Part shown: in pieces, positions 17,614 to 28,652 of the stretch | Layout of the letters: every line of letters begins with the position of its first letter | Position numbering within the stretch: the first letter of the stretch is position 1 | Assembly: GCA_041660185.1 (NCBI GenBank) | Contig: JBAZWU010000004.1 | Location: 96,878-160,877, forward strand | DNA from: Elusimicrobiota bacterium | GTDB lineage: Bacteria; Elusimicrobiota; Elusimicrobia; 2-01-FULL-59-12 | Direction: 5' to 3' | DNA length: 64,000 nucleotides | Program-made: the position numbers and the translations under genes | The notes under the pieces: generated by a model | What the model saw: only the letters and a program-made list of their open reading frames with translations | The model's database searches: none | Told to the model about the DNA's origin: nothing

Positions 17614-19401
17614 GTGAAACGAACGTCTTATTGCGGCGATTTGCGCAAATCCCATTTCGGGCAACCCCAGATTCTCTGCGGATGGATCCATAGCCGGCGC
17701 GATCATGGCGGAGTCATCTTCTGCGATCTTCGCGACCGCTCCGGTCTCGTGCAGATCGTCTTCCGTCCCGAGAAAAAAGATCTTTTTGCCAAGGCCCAGG
17801 ACCTGGGAAATGAATATGTGGTCCAGGTCAGCGGGAAAGTTCTGGAACGGCCGGCGGGTACGCGCAACGCCAATATTCCGACCGGTGATGTTGAAATCGA
17901 TGTGGAAAGCCTGGACGTCCTCAATACCTCCAAGCCATCGCCTTTTGAAATTTCCGAATATTCCGAAGCGGGGGAGGAAACCCGCCTGCGCTACCGGTTT
18001 TTAGATTTACGGCGCCCGCCGCTTCAGAAGAATATTCTGCGCCGGCACCAAATCGCCCAGGCGATCCGCAGCCATCTCGCCCAGGATGGTTTTATCGAGA
18101 TCGAAACGCCTTTTCTGACGAAATCAACGCCGGAAGGTGCGCGCGATTTTCTGGTGCCTTCCCGTTTGTCCCCTGGATCGTTCTATGCGCTTCCCCAGAG
18201 CCCCCAGCTTTTTAAACAGATCCTGATGGTGGCGGGCTATGACAAATACTTCCAGGTTGCCCGCTGCTTCCGCGATGAAGACTTGCGTGCGGATCGCCAG
18301 CCCGAATTTACCCAGGTTGATCTCGAGATGTCTTTCGTCGACGAAGAGGATGTCCAGCGGGCGGTGGAAGGTTTTGTGAAAGAGGCTTTTCAGGTCGCGT
18401 CGGGCCAGCCGTTCCCCGGTCCTGTTCCGCATCTTTCTTATGAGGAGGTCCTGAACCGCTTTGGTTCGGATGCGCCGGATATGCGTTACGGAATGGAGCT
18501 GGCGGATTTTTCCGAAACGGTTCGCGGCTGCGGCTTCCAGGTATTTGCCAAGACGGTCGGGCAGGGGGGAACGGTCCGGGGGATTACCGTACCGCGTGGG
18601 GCGGTCTTCTCCCGCAAAGAGACCGACGATCTCACCCAGTGGGCGAACACCCTCGGTGCCAAGGGGCTTGCCTGGATCAAATGGACGGCCAGCGGCCCCG
18701 AGTCGCCCATCGCTAAATTTTTCAAGCCCGCGGAACTGCAGGCCATCCGCGAAAAGGCCCAGGCCCAGGAAGGCGACATCACCTTTTTTGTGGCGGATGC
18801 GTCGGCGGTGGCGTACAAGATTCTCGGTCTTTTGCGTCGGCGGATGGCGGAAAGCCAGAAATTGATTCCCGGAGGGCAGTGGAAATTCCTCTGGGTGGAG
18901 AAATTCCCTTCGTTTGAATGGGATGAAGAGACGAAACGCTGGAACGCGGTGCACCATCCGTTCACTGCGCCTCGCCAGGAGGATTGGGGAAAAATCCGGA
19001 GCGTCTTGGAATCCAAAGCCTGGACTCCGGGGCAGAACCAACTGCAGGAAGTCCGTGCAAGAGCCTATGACCTGATTCTGAACGGCGTTGAGATCGGTGG
19101 AGGAAGCATCCGTATTCACTCCACTGCTGACCAGGACCTGATTTTCCGGTTGCTGCAGATCCCTCCGGAAACCGCGCAGCTTCAGTTTGGATTTTTGCTG
19201 GAGGCCCTGGCTTACGGCGCTCCTCCTCATGGCGGATTTGCGCTGGGACTTGACCGGTTTGTCGCGCTTCTGGCCGGAGAGCCTTCGATCCGGGATGTAA
19301 TCGCTTTCCCGAAGACCCAAAAAGGAGTCGATTTGATGTCCAATGCTCCTTCACCAGTTTCACCAATACAATTAAGAGAATTAGGGATCAAATTATCGTA
19401 G
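17614..19401 (+). CDS. aspS: aspartate--tRNA ligase
   Basis: Class II aaRS motifs (FRDEDLRADRQPEFTQVD, GGGSIR). The N-terminus aligns to E. coli AspRS from a GTG at 17614 with AGGAGAG 5 nt upstream. The track start at 17560 is probably too early. Confidence 0.9.
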   Translation: MKRTSYCGDLRKSHFGQPQILCGWIHSRRDHGGVIFCDLRDRSGLVQIVFRPEKKDLFAKAQDLGNEYVVQVSGKVLERPAGTRNANIPTGDVEIDVESLDVLNTSKPSPFEISEYSEAGEETRLRYRFLDLRRPPLQKNILRRHQIAQAIRSHLAQDGFIEIETPFLTKSTPEGARDFLVPSRLSPGSFYALPQSPQLFKQILMVAGYDKYFQVARCFRDEDLRADRQPEFTQVDLEMSFVDEEDVQRAVEGFVKEAFQVASGQPFPGPVPHLSYEEVLNRFGSDAPDMRYGMELADFSETVRGCGFQVFAKTVGQGGTVRGITVPRGAVFSRKETDDLTQWANTLGAKGLAWIKWTASGPESPIAKFFKPAELQAIREKAQAQEGDITFFVADASAVAYKILGLLRRRMAESQKLIPGGQWKFLWVEKFPSFEWDEETKRWNAVHHPFTAPRQEDWGKIRSVLESKAWTPGQNQLQEVRARAYDLILNGVEIGGGSIRIHSTADQDLIFRLLQIPPETAQLQFGFLLEALAYGAPPHGGFALGLDRFVALLAGEPSIRDVIAFPKTQKGVDLMSNAPSPVSPIQLRELGIKLS

Positions 19402-19486
19402 TGGCGGACGGCTGTCTGCCGGGATATCCACCCGTAGCGGGTCGACAGCCGTCGACCCCTACATCGTTGACCCTTTCGTCGAACAA

Positions 19487-19924
19487 ATGCTAAATTCCCT
19501 CGGGATGAAGCCACGGCTGACCGTCCTCTTCTTGGCCCTCTTTTTACTGAGCGCCTCCGTTGTCTGGTCCGAGAATCAACCCGGTTCTGAATTCCCTGCC
19601 TACGAGCCACCCCGTATAGAAGATTTTCCGGCCGCCCCCGCTCCGGCCACATCGGGTGAGTCCGCTCCTCCGTCTGAACCCTCAGCTCCCGAGCCAGCGG
19701 CTGAGGTCACGCCACCTCCGGCGATGCAGGAATACCGGGTGTGGATCTGGCAGGAAAACGGCGACAGTCTTTCCATGATCGCGAAGAAACTGTACGGCGA
19801 TCCGCAGAAGTGGCGTTTGATTTATCTGGCGAACAAAGACGTGATTAAAGATCCCAATAAAATTTATCCCAAGCAAAAACTCAAGATTCCGCCGGCCGAT
19901 TGGATTCCGGACAACGGGTTATAA
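19487..19924 (+). CDS. LysM-domain secreted protein
   Basis: Signal peptide, Pro/Ala-rich linker, C-terminal LysM (YRVWIWQENGDSLSMIAKKLYGD...YPKQKLKIP). Confidence 0.75.
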   Translation: MLNSLGMKPRLTVLFLALFLLSASVVWSENQPGSEFPAYEPPRIEDFPAAPAPATSGESAPPSEPSAPEPAAEVTPPPAMQEYRVWIWQENGDSLSMIAKKLYGDPQKWRLIYLANKDVIKDPNKIYPKQKLKIPPADWIPDNGL

Positions 19925-20845
19925 ATGGTCACCCGGAAAATTCATCTCATCGATTCACGGGAAGCGCTGTCGTTATTGGGCCAGCAGGACCAGAATCTAC
20001 GAGCGCTCGAGCAGACCTATGGAGTCCAGATTTTTGGCCGGGGGCATATCGTGTCGGTGCGCGGCGCGCCCGGGAAGGTGGAGAAAACGCTCGAAGCCAT
20101 TGAGAGCCTGCGGCAAAACCTCGGTCAGCCAGACGCATCGTCTTCTTTTCAGGGGCCTGCGGAACAGGCCGGCGAGGCCGCTTTCACGAACAGCTTCGGT
20201 CGGTCCATCCATTCGAAAACGGCCAACCAGCGGCGTTACGTGGAACTGATGACGGCTAACGATCTGGTCATCGCCATCGGCCCGGCCGGCACCGGCAAAA
20301 CGTATCTGGCCGTGGCGAGCGCTCTGGCGGCGCTGAAAGCCGGCCGGGTCACGAAGATCGTTTTGACCCGCCCGGTCGTGGAAGCAGGGGAAAAACTCGG
20401 ATTTCTGCCCGGCGATTTTTATGAAAAGGTCAATCCGTATCTTCGTCCGCTCTATGATGCCTTTTACGCCATGTTGGGCCCGGACCGTTTCCGGCTTTAT
20501 CGCGACGAAGAAACCATCGAGATCGTTCCGCTGGCTTATATGCGCGGGCGCACGCTGGAAAATGCGTTTGTCATTCTAGATGAAGCGCAAAACGCGACCG
20601 CTGAGCAAATGAAAATGTTTCTGACGCGCATGGGGCTGGGGTCCAAGGCGGTGGTCAACGGGGATATCACCCAGATTGACCTGGCCAATCGCCGGCAGTC
20701 GGGCCTGGTCAACTTGCCGATTATTTTAAAAGGCACACCGGGGATCGAGTTCATCCATTTTACCGAGGTGGACGTGGTCCGGCACCGCCTGGTGAAAGAA
20801 ATCTTGAAGGCGTATGACGATTGGGAAAAACGGGGAGAGTCCTAA
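19925..20845 (+). CDS. phoH: PhoH-like ATPase (YbeZ)
   Basis: Walker A GPAGTGKTYLAVA and the PhoH C-terminal region. Confidence 0.9.
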   Translation: MVTRKIHLIDSREALSLLGQQDQNLRALEQTYGVQIFGRGHIVSVRGAPGKVEKTLEAIESLRQNLGQPDASSSFQGPAEQAGEAAFTNSFGRSIHSKTANQRRYVELMTANDLVIAIGPAGTGKTYLAVASALAALKAGRVTKIVLTRPVVEAGEKLGFLPGDFYEKVNPYLRPLYDAFYAMLGPDRFRLYRDEETIEIVPLAYMRGRTLENAFVILDEAQNATAEQMKMFLTRMGLGSKAVVNGDITQIDLANRRQSGLVNLPIILKGTPGIEFIHFTEVDVVRHRLVKEILKAYDDWEKRGES

Positions 20846-22405
20846 ATGATCATCGGCTCCTGGTGGTTGGCGGGATTCCGCCGTTTGCTCCAGTCCTTGT
20901 TAAACTGGGTCGACTCCCTTCTTGAAAAAAGTCCCCGCAAAGAGCGATTGCCTTTCCTCTGGCGGGAAGTGCATGTGCCGACGCCGCTCGTCGCCGTGGG
21001 TGCGGCCGCCATCCTTTTCCTCGTGTTGTTACCCGAAACCGTCAGTACGCAGGGGTTTACCTTATCGCGCATCGCCGCGCTGATCGGCCTTCTGGCGCTC
21101 CTGGTCCTTTTCTTTGTCGTTTATTTCCGGTTCGACTTACCCCAATTTTTGAATGATGATGAAGCCGTTTTTTTAACGGGCCTCTGCGTTGTTCTGGGTG
21201 TTATTCTCATCGAAATCGTGCTGGCTTTTCCTCAGCAGATCTCGCCGTTTGCGGTTCCGCTGGGGGCCGTCGCGATCCTGGTGACCCTGCTGCTGCATAT
21301 CCGGCTGGCGCTGGTGATCAGCATGGTGCTTTCCCTCGTGGCAGGGGTGTTGAATCAATCCTCCTTTGATACGATTTTTGTTTCCTTTTTCTCCTCCTGC
21401 GCCGCCATGCTGGCGGCCTATCGGGTCCGGACGCGGGGCGATATCACGCGCGCCGGGTTCCATGTGGCGTGGGTGACCTTCCTGACGATGTATGGCCTCG
21501 ACCTGTTTCGGGGGGTTGGCCATAGCCTGGTGCTGAAGGACCTGCAATGGGGGCTTGTGAATGGATTCTTCTGCGCCGCCATCCCGCTCGGTTTGTTGCC
21601 TGTCCTGGAATCTTTCTTCTCGCGCATTACGCCCATTACGCTCCTGGAAGTCGGCGATTTCAACCGTCCGCTCCTGCGCCGGCTGATGCTGGAAGCGCCC
21701 GGAACCTATCACCATACCTTGCTGGTTGCGGCGCTGGCGGAACAGGCGGCCGAGGCCATCGGCGCCAATTCGCTTTTGTGCCGGGTGGGGATGTATTACC
21801 ACGATATCGGCAAGCTCCTGCATCCCGAATATTTCATTGAAAATCAGCTGATCCGCCGCAGCATCAGTGAAAAACCGGGCCATCACGACAAACTGAATCC
21901 GTCCATTTCAAGCCTCGTCATCATGGCCCATGTCAAAGACGGCATGGCCTTGGCGCGGTCCAATAAGGTGCCGGAGGAAGTGGTTCGCTTTATTCCGGAG
22001 CACCACGGGACGAGCCTCATCAAATATTTCTACATGCGCCAATTGGAGCAGGAAAACGAGGAAGAGTCGTTGTCCCCGGAATCCTTCCGTTATCCGGGGC
22101 CCCGGCCGCATTCCAAAGAGACGGTCATCGGCATGCTGGCGGATTCCGCGGAGGCGGCCAGTCGGACGGTGGAAGAACCGACCTACGAACGGTTGAAGGA
22201 CCTGGTCGAGAAAATCGTGCAGAGCAAATTTCAAGATGGCCAATTCGATGAAGCGCCGGTGACGCTGGAAGATTTGCGTAAAATCATTGTCAGTTTTGCC
22301 CACTCCCTGAGCGCGATGTACCATGTGCGCATCGAGTATCCGGAGATGCCCGAAAACGAACCTTCCTCGCCTTTCCGGGCCGAACCGCCTCTCAGTACGG
22401 AATGA
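20846..22405 (+). CDS. 7TM receptor with intracellular HD phosphohydrolase domain (YqfF-like)
   Basis: Seven hydrophobic helices then an HD motif (HHTLLVAALAE...YYHDIGK). Confidence 0.8.
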   Translation: MIIGSWWLAGFRRLLQSLLNWVDSLLEKSPRKERLPFLWREVHVPTPLVAVGAAAILFLVLLPETVSTQGFTLSRIAALIGLLALLVLFFVVYFRFDLPQFLNDDEAVFLTGLCVVLGVILIEIVLAFPQQISPFAVPLGAVAILVTLLLHIRLALVISMVLSLVAGVLNQSSFDTIFVSFFSSCAAMLAAYRVRTRGDITRAGFHVAWVTFLTMYGLDLFRGVGHSLVLKDLQWGLVNGFFCAAIPLGLLPVLESFFSRITPITLLEVGDFNRPLLRRLMLEAPGTYHHTLLVAALAEQAAEAIGANSLLCRVGMYYHDIGKLLHPEYFIENQLIRRSISEKPGHHDKLNPSISSLVIMAHVKDGMALARSNKVPEEVVRFIPEHHGTSLIKYFYMRQLEQENEEESLSPESFRYPGPRPHSKETVIGMLADSAEAASRTVEEPTYERLKDLVEKIVQSKFQDGQFDEAPVTLEDLRKIIVSFAHSLSAMYHVRIEYPEMPENEPSSPFRAEPPLSTE

Positions 22406-22884
22406 AAAAATCGTCATTGACCGTGGACGTCACGCTGATCCGATCGGCGCGTGTCCCCGCCGGAGCCTGTTCCATGAAAGACCTGGAAGGCCTGGCGGGT
22501 TTTGTGCTCTCGGCCGAACAAGCCGCGGGACGGGTGACGCTGGCCCTGGAGATGACCCGGCCCGTTCGCATCCATCAGTTGAACCGGCGTTTTCGCGGGG
22601 TGGACCGTCCGACGGACGTGATAGCCTTCCGCAGCGAAGTGGAACCCCTCTCCCGACCAGAGTGTCGGGAGAGGGGCTTTCAGGGCGACATCGCCATTAA
22701 CGTGTCGCAGGCCGCCCGCCAGGCTAAGGCCATGGGGCATTCCTTAAAACGGGAAATCCGTACCCTGTGGATTCATGGTATCCTGCATTTAATGGGATAC
22801 ACCGATTACGCCCCGGTGCCCCGGCGCCGGATGTTTCAGCGGCAGAATGACTTGTTGCGGCGGTGGGAGAAAAAGAACCAGTGA
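22402..22884 (+). CDS. ybeY: rRNA maturation endoribonuclease YbeY
   Basis: HGILHLMGYTD zinc-binding motif. It sits in the conserved phoH-ybeY-corC order. Confidence 0.85.
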   Translation: MKKSSLTVDVTLIRSARVPAGACSMKDLEGLAGFVLSAEQAAGRVTLALEMTRPVRIHQLNRRFRGVDRPTDVIAFRSEVEPLSRPECRERGFQGDIAINVSQAARQAKAMGHSLKREIRTLWIHGILHLMGYTDYAPVPRRRMFQRQNDLLRRWEKKNQ

Positions 22885-23906
22885 ACGAAATTCTTTGGGC
22901 AATCGTTTTCAGCGCTTTTTTCTTTGTCTTGTCGATGTTCTTTTCGGCCGCCGAGACCGGGCTCGTGTCGTTGTCCCGTCCTCGCCTGAAAAAATTAATT
23001 TCACAGAAACCTGAGCTGGCGGAAACCTTTACGTCCTGGTTGGCCTCCCCGCAGTATCTGTTAACGACACTCCTCATCGGAAGTACGCTCTGCGATGTGC
23101 TCACCACCATCCTCGCGACCCATGCCGTATTTGTGGCGTTCCCTCAATGGAGGCAGGGTTTGGTGGCTACGGGACTTTGGCTGATATTGACCCTGGTTCT
23201 TTTCATTTTCACGGATCTTTTCCCTAAAAGTCTGGCCCGTCATTACCCGCAACGCGTGACCGTGGCATCCTTGCGCTGGACGAGCGCTCTGGCGAAGCTG
23301 TTCACCCCCGGCATCCGGCTGGGGATGGCGTTCTTCGGCCGATTGTTTCCGGCCCTCCAGGGAGCGCCGGTGGGGCGCATGTCCGTCTATTCTTTGGAAG
23401 AGCTCCGGGACATGATTCGGGCGAGCGCCATGCATGGGACCATGGGGCAACGGTCGTCTCAAATGATGGAACGCGTGTTGGCGCTTAATCGGACACAGGT
23501 CGCCCAAATCATGACTCCCTTCGAGAAAATCGATATGGTGAATCTGGGGATGGATCCCGAGCGCATTCTCGACCAGATTGCGGAAGCGGGTCGGACGCGC
23601 GTGCCGGCTTACCGCGCCAATGCCAGGAAGATCGGAGGTTTTTTGCATATGAAAGATCTCCTGATGGCCTGGCGGGGGTTATTGCCCGTGAAATTGGATC
23701 TGCTCATGCGCCAACCCCTGTTTATTCCATCGACGACGCCGGCCGGAGACCTTTTGGAAGAGTTCCGCAAGGGGACCTCTCATCTGGCAGTTGTTGTCAA
23801 TGAAGGGGGCGAGTGTCTGGGGATTGTGACGCTGGAAGACGTGCTGGAAGAAGTGGTGGGGGAAATTCTGGACGAATACGATCTGGAGAACCCCCGAGGA
23901 ACCTGA
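22863..23906 (+). CDS. DUF21-CBS (CorC/HlyC-type) membrane protein
   Basis: N-terminal 4-TM DUF21 domain, a CBS pair, then a CorC_HlyC C-terminus. Confidence 0.8.
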   Translation: MGEKEPVNEILWAIVFSAFFFVLSMFFSAAETGLVSLSRPRLKKLISQKPELAETFTSWLASPQYLLTTLLIGSTLCDVLTTILATHAVFVAFPQWRQGLVATGLWLILTLVLFIFTDLFPKSLARHYPQRVTVASLRWTSALAKLFTPGIRLGMAFFGRLFPALQGAPVGRMSVYSLEELRDMIRASAMHGTMGQRSSQMMERVLALNRTQVAQIMTPFEKIDMVNLGMDPERILDQIAEAGRTRVPAYRANARKIGGFLHMKDLLMAWRGLLPVKLDLLMRQPLFIPSTTPAGDLLEEFRKGTSHLAVVVNEGGECLGIVTLEDVLEEVVGEILDEYDLENPRGT

Positions 23907-24922
23907 TGAGCCTTATTGGGCAATCGATTCTATTTTTAATGTGTCTCTTTGGGGCGGCCTTTTTTTCCGCGACAGAGACGGCGCTGACCAGCCTGTCTCT
24001 ATCCGCCTGGCAACGGCTCCAGCGGAATAAACCGCAGGTGGAGCCGACCTATGTGCTTTGGTCGGGGGATCCAAGCCTGGTGATGGCGACCATCCTTTTC
24101 GGGAACACGTTGTCATGCCTTGGCGCGAGCATTCTGGTCAGCTTGATGACCAAACAGCTGACGGATGCCGCGCATTTTTCAACGGGTATTTTTTTGCTGG
24201 CCAGTTCTTTCTTTGCCGGGACCACCATCCTGATTGCCGGCGAAATACTGCCGAAGCTCTATGCGCGGCATTATCAGGAGCGCGTGTTGGGCTGGGTGGC
24301 CCGGCCGCTGGCGCTGGTCACGCGCGCCCTGCGGCCCGGTCTGCGCGGGGTGGCGGCTTTGGCGGATTTGTTGCGCAAGGCCTTCTCCAGCCATCCGTCC
24401 GAACCCCAGATTACGGCAGAAGAGCTTCGCCTGATGCTGTCCGATCCCGGTTCGGAAGGACTTGTTCCGGCCACGCGCCGGATTCTTTCCAATATTATCG
24501 CTTTTGACCAGGTGAAAGTCCGCCAGGTCATGATCCCACGGGAGCATGTTGTGGCTGTACGAATGGAGCAGAACCAGGAGCGCGTGTTTGAGCATATTGT
24601 TTGCTCCGGTTTTTCCCGTGTGCCCGTCTATTTTGGCAGCATTGACAACATTTTGGGGATCGTCTATGCTAAGGACCTCTTGACCGAATGGCGAAATTCC
24701 GGGCTTCTCGTCCTGGAAGACCTTCTGAGGCCGGCTTACCGTATCGCATCCGACGCACCCTTATCGGTCCTGCTGCAGGCCTTCCGACAGGGTCATCACA
24801 TGGCCATTATCACGGATGCGCTGGGCCGGACCCAGGGGCTTGTGACCATTGAAGATGCGGTGGAGGCGATCGTGGGGGATATCGCGGACGAGTTCGACCA
24901 GCCGCCCAGCACGCTCTTATGA
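23906..24922 (+). CDS. DUF21-CBS membrane protein (tandem paralogue)
   Basis: Same architecture as the preceding gene. Met at 23906 (MSLIGQSILF) is preferred over the overlapping track start at 23813. Confidence 0.75.
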   Translation: MSLIGQSILFLMCLFGAAFFSATETALTSLSLSAWQRLQRNKPQVEPTYVLWSGDPSLVMATILFGNTLSCLGASILVSLMTKQLTDAAHFSTGIFLLASSFFAGTTILIAGEILPKLYARHYQERVLGWVARPLALVTRALRPGLRGVAALADLLRKAFSSHPSEPQITAEELRLMLSDPGSEGLVPATRRILSNIIAFDQVKVRQVMIPREHVVAVRMEQNQERVFEHIVCSGFSRVPVYFGSIDNILGIVYAKDLLTEWRNSGLLVLEDLLRPAYRIASDAPLSVLLQAFRQGHHMAIITDALGRTQGLVTIEDAVEAIVGDIADEFDQPPSTLL

Positions 24923-25578
24923 TCCAGAATCTCCGGGCAATTGTGCTCTGGTCGCGGCGCAGCCGGGACGCCGATAAAGTCATCGGTTTTTTCACGCGGG
25001 AAAAAGGGCGTCTCACCGTGCGGGCGACGAGCGCCGCGCGCTCCATCGCCAAATTCGCGGCCTTAACCGAACCGTTTGTCGAGAGCGACGTCGCGATTTA
25101 TTCAAACCCGGATCACGGATGGGGAAAACTGGTCGGCGGACGACTGATGCGAAGTTTCCCGGCGTTGCGGACGGACATGGGCCGCAGCACCGCGGCCGCG
25201 TGGGTCTGCGAAATCGTGTCCCGCCTGACGCCCGAGGAACAACCGAGTCCGGAAAAGTACAATCTGTTGGCGGAGACGCTGACCGCGCTGGAAACCGCTT
25301 CCCGTTTTTCCGTTGTCCGGTTGGCTTTTGCCGTCCGTTTTTTGAGTTATGCCGGGTTTGGTCTTGACCACCGGACCGCCTGGCAGGAGCTGCAGCAGCG
25401 GCATCCGGATTGGGCTCAGGCTCTGGCGGAGATCCCGCTGGCCTCTTTGGGAGAGTCGCAGTGGAATGCTCCCGCGGTGACGGCGCTGGAGCAGCTGGCC
25501 GGGATGATTGTTTCGGATCACTTGAACCGGCCGTTGTCGGTCAACCGCTTCCGGCAAATGACAGGAGTCCAGATTTAG
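24919..25578 (+). CDS. recO: DNA repair protein RecO
   Basis: N-terminal OB fold, AIVLWSRRSRDADKVIGFFTREKGRL. ATGA overlap with the upstream gene. Confidence 0.8.
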   Translation: MIQNLRAIVLWSRRSRDADKVIGFFTREKGRLTVRATSAARSIAKFAALTEPFVESDVAIYSNPDHGWGKLVGGRLMRSFPALRTDMGRSTAAAWVCEIVSRLTPEEQPSPEKYNLLAETLTALETASRFSVVRLAFAVRFLSYAGFGLDHRTAWQELQQRHPDWAQALAEIPLASLGESQWNAPAVTALEQLAGMIVSDHLNRPLSVNRFRQMTGVQI

Positions 25579-25586
25579 ACGGGATC

Positions 25587-25669
25587 GTCATTCCCGGCGG
25601 TCTCTGGCCGGGAATCCACCGTGCCGTATAACGATGATGGGTCCCCCGCCAGTGGCCGCGGGGGATGAC
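25587..25669. repeat. MITE-like element, family 4
   Basis: GTCATTCCC...GGGGATGAC terminal inverted repeats with two internal hairpins, lying between recO and glyQ. Confidence 0.75.
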
Positions 25670-25704
25670 GACGGAGTGGCAAACGGAGAACTTCTTTAAT
25701 TTCA

Positions 25705-26565
25705 ATGACCTTTCAAGAAATCATTCTGACGCTTCATAAATACTGGGCGAAACAAGGCTGTCTCCTCTGGCAACCCTACGACATCGAAAAAGGAGCCGGC
25801 ACCTTCAACCCGGCTACTTTTTTGGAGTGCCTCACGCCTCACCCGTGGAAAGTGGCTTATGTCGAACCCAGCCGCCGCCCAGCCGACGGACGGTACGGAG
25901 AAAACCCCAACCGGCTCCAGCATTACTACCAGTACCAGGTCGTTCTGAAACCCGCTCCGGCCAACATCCAATCGCTTTATCTGGCCTCCTTGCGCGCCAT
26001 CGGAATCGATCCCAAACAGCACGATATCCGTTTCGTTGAAGACGACTGGGAATCCCCGACCTTGGGCGCCTGGGGATTGGGATGGGAAGTGTGGCTGGAC
26101 GGCATGGAAATCACCCAGTTCACCTACTTCCAGGAGATCGGCGGGGTGAAACTGGACCCGATCTCGGTGGAGATTACGTACGGGCTCGAGCGGTTGGCCA
26201 TGTATTCCCAGAAGAAAAACAATGTCTACGATATTCTCTGGGCCCCCAAAGTCACGTATGGCCAGATGCACAAGGCCGATGAACAGCAGTTTTCAAAATA
26301 CAACTTTGAAGTGGCGAACGTGGACTTGTTGAAAGAATCCTTCGCGAATTATGAGGCGGAGGCGCGGCGATTATTGGACGCCGAACTGGTCCGGCCGGCG
26401 TATGAACAGGTCATGAAGTGTTCGCACGCGTTCAACCTGCTCGATGCCCGGGGGGCGATTTCCGTCTCCGAGCGTGTGACGTATATCGCGCGGGTGCGGG
26501 CCCTGGCCTGCCGGGTGGCCCAGGCCTATGTGAAACCGTTTGTGGAGGCGGCCAAACCCGCATGA
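25705..26565 (+). CDS. glyQ: glycine--tRNA ligase alpha subunit
   Basis: Highly conserved N-terminus ([19 protein letters not shown]...QPYD). Confidence 0.95.
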   Translation: MTFQEIILTLHKYWAKQGCLLWQPYDIEKGAGTFNPATFLECLTPHPWKVAYVEPSRRPADGRYGENPNRLQHYYQYQVVLKPAPANIQSLYLASLRAIGIDPKQHDIRFVEDDWESPTLGAWGLGWEVWLDGMEITQFTYFQEIGGVKLDPISVEITYGLERLAMYSQKKNNVYDILWAPKVTYGQMHKADEQQFSKYNFEVANVDLLKESFANYEAEARRLLDAELVRPAYEQVMKCSHAFNLLDARGAISVSERVTYIARVRALACRVAQAYVKPFVEAAKPA

Positions 26566-28652
26566 ACACGAAAGACGCGCTTCTAGAGATCGGTTGCGAA
26601 GAGCTTCCCGCTTCCTTTGTCCCGCTCGGGATCGAGCAGTTGCAGAAGATTGCCGATACATCCTTAAAGGACCACCAGCTTTCCTGCCAATCGATCCACG
26701 TCTATGGGACGCCCCGCCGCTTGGCGGTGGTTCTCAAAGGCCTGGCGGATCATTCGGAGGATCAAACAAAAGTCATTTCGGGTCCCCCTGCAGAAATGGC
26801 GAAAGATGCCTCCGGCGAGTGGACACCGGCGACTCTTGGATTTGCGCGCAAGCAGGGGGTTCATCCGGATTCTCTAACGATTTCAAACGGCAAACTGAGC
26901 GCGACCCTCCATATCCCCGGAGTGCCCACCCGCCAGCTCCTGGCGCAGCTTTTTCCGGAATGGATCCGGCGGCTGCAGTTTCCTAAGTCCATGGTCTGGG
27001 AACCGAGTGGTTTCCGTTTCCCTCGTCCCATCCGCTGGCTGACGGCGGTGTATGCGCACGTCCCCGTTTCTTTTTCCATCGCCGGCGTCCGTTCCGGCAA
27101 GTGGACGGTCGGGTTGGTCCTTTATTCGAGTAAAAAAATCGTCGTGGCCCAGCCGGGAGCGTACGTCAGCCTCTTGAAGAACCAGTGTGTTCTGGTGGAA
27201 CCTTTGGCGCGGGTGGAAGCGATCCGCAAACTGGCCGAGCAGGCGGCGCGAAGGCTCCACGGCCGCGCTCTCATTCGGGAAAGCCTTCTGGAGCAGGTGT
27301 CCAATCTCCTGGAGCACCCCAGCGCGATCCTCGGCAATTTTGATCCAGCGTACTTGGCTCTCCCGGCGGAAGTGCTCATCACCTGTCTGGAGCATCATCA
27401 AAAATTCTTTCCGGTGGCCGAGGCCGCCTCAGATACTCTGCTGCCGCACTTTGTCGGCATCCGTAACGGGATGTCCGTCAATATGGAGGTGGTGCGCGAA
27501 GGGTATGAGCGCGTCCTGGCCGCCCGCCTGGCGGATGCCCGGTTCTTTTTCGATCACGACCGGAAAATGCCTCTGGTTTCGAAAATGGAAGCGCTCCGAG
27601 GCGTCCTCTTCCAGAGCAAGCTGGGCAATCTGTTTGAAAAGAAAGAGCGCGTGAAACAGCTCTTGCAGGTGATCGGGAGTTTCCTGGGAGGAGCTCCCTG
27701 GTTGGCGCAAGCCGAACGCGCGGCGGATTTGTGCAAGGCGGATCTGGTGACCGATATGGTCCGCGAATTTCCGGAGCTGCAGGGCATCATGGCGCGGCTT
27801 TATGCGCAGGCCGATGGGGAAGATCCGGCGGTGGCGCAGGCCCTGGAGCAGCATTATTGGCCGATCACGCTCAGCGGGGTTTTGCCCACCACCGATGTGG
27901 CGACCGCCGTGGCGTTAGCCGATAAGCTGGATACGCTGGCCGGGGATTTCGCGGTCGGGCTGATCCCCAGCGGTTCAGCCGATCCGTATGGCTTGCGCCG
28001 GGCCGCCGGGGGAGTGCTGCGTCTCCTGGAAGAACGATCCTGGCCGCTTTCTCTCGAGAAACTGATCGAAAAGGCGTGTGATCTTCAACCGGAGAACGTC
28101 CGCGCCCAGGCCGTCGAAGCGGCTCCAAAGCTGGTTCAATTCATGAAGCAGCGCTGGTCCGCGTTGTTGGAGGAACGAGGATATAAGTTTGACGAGATCG
28201 ATGCGGTCCTGACCGCCGGGGTCGGCCAGGTCCGGGAGACCTTGGACCGGCTCAAGGCCCTGCATGAGCTTCGGTCTCAAAAAGAATTTGAGCCGTTGTC
28301 TGTCGCGTTCAAGCGGAGCATCAACATTGTCCGTCAGGCGGATAAGAGCCTGCCCATCCACGACGGAGCGGCGCCGCTGCAGGCGGATCTGCTCCGGGAA
28401 CCTTGCGAACAGGCCTTGTATCAGGCGATTGAATCAACGGAATCCCTGGTGGCCCATCATGTCGAGTCCCGCGCCTATCGGGAGGCGCTGGCGTCCCTCG
28501 TCTGCCTGCGCGACCCCCTCGATGGTTTTTTCAACGGCGTGATGGTGATGGCGGAAGACCCCGCGCTCCGCGCCAACCGGCTCGCGCTCCTGGGGCGGCT
28601 GGTCCGCTTGTTCTCGCGAATCGCTGATTTCTCCAAACTTCAAAATGCATGA
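26562..28652 (+). CDS. glyS: glycine--tRNA ligase beta subunit
   Basis: [19 protein letters not shown] start with an ATGA overlap onto glyQ. The track ORF at 26418 over-extends upstream. Confidence 0.9.
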   Translation: MNTKDALLEIGCEELPASFVPLGIEQLQKIADTSLKDHQLSCQSIHVYGTPRRLAVVLKGLADHSEDQTKVISGPPAEMAKDASGEWTPATLGFARKQGVHPDSLTISNGKLSATLHIPGVPTRQLLAQLFPEWIRRLQFPKSMVWEPSGFRFPRPIRWLTAVYAHVPVSFSIAGVRSGKWTVGLVLYSSKKIVVAQPGAYVSLLKNQCVLVEPLARVEAIRKLAEQAARRLHGRALIRESLLEQVSNLLEHPSAILGNFDPAYLALPAEVLITCLEHHQKFFPVAEAASDTLLPHFVGIRNGMSVNMEVVREGYERVLAARLADARFFFDHDRKMPLVSKMEALRGVLFQSKLGNLFEKKERVKQLLQVIGSFLGGAPWLAQAERAADLCKADLVTDMVREFPELQGIMARLYAQADGEDPAVAQALEQHYWPITLSGVLPTTDVATAVALADKLDTLAGDFAVGLIPSGSADPYGLRRAAGGVLRLLEERSWPLSLEKLIEKACDLQPENVRAQAVEAAPKLVQFMKQRWSALLEERGYKFDEIDAVLTAGVGQVRETLDRLKALHELRSQKEFEPLSVAFKRSINIVRQADKSLPIHDGAAPLQADLLREPCEQALYQAIESTESLVAHHVESRAYREALASLVCLRDPLDGFFNGVMVMAEDPALRANRLALLGRLVRLFSRIADFSKLQNA

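Noticed and set aside
18124-19320. Long antisense ORFs: a 398-aa ORF opposite aspS, and similar ones at 46417-47979 opposite typA, 58488-59450 opposite the helicase, 21173-21886, 60560-61129 and 10171-10956
   Set aside because: High GC content produces long stop-free frames. The sense strands encode unmistakable conserved proteins and the antisense translations are low-complexity, Arg/Gly/Pro-rich.
19401-19470. Hairpin GACGGCTGTC...GACAGCCGTC with a CCCCTAC tail downstream of aspS
   Set aside because: It may be a terminator or a degenerate REP1-like unit. The long 28-nt loop and lack of a T-run make either call weak.
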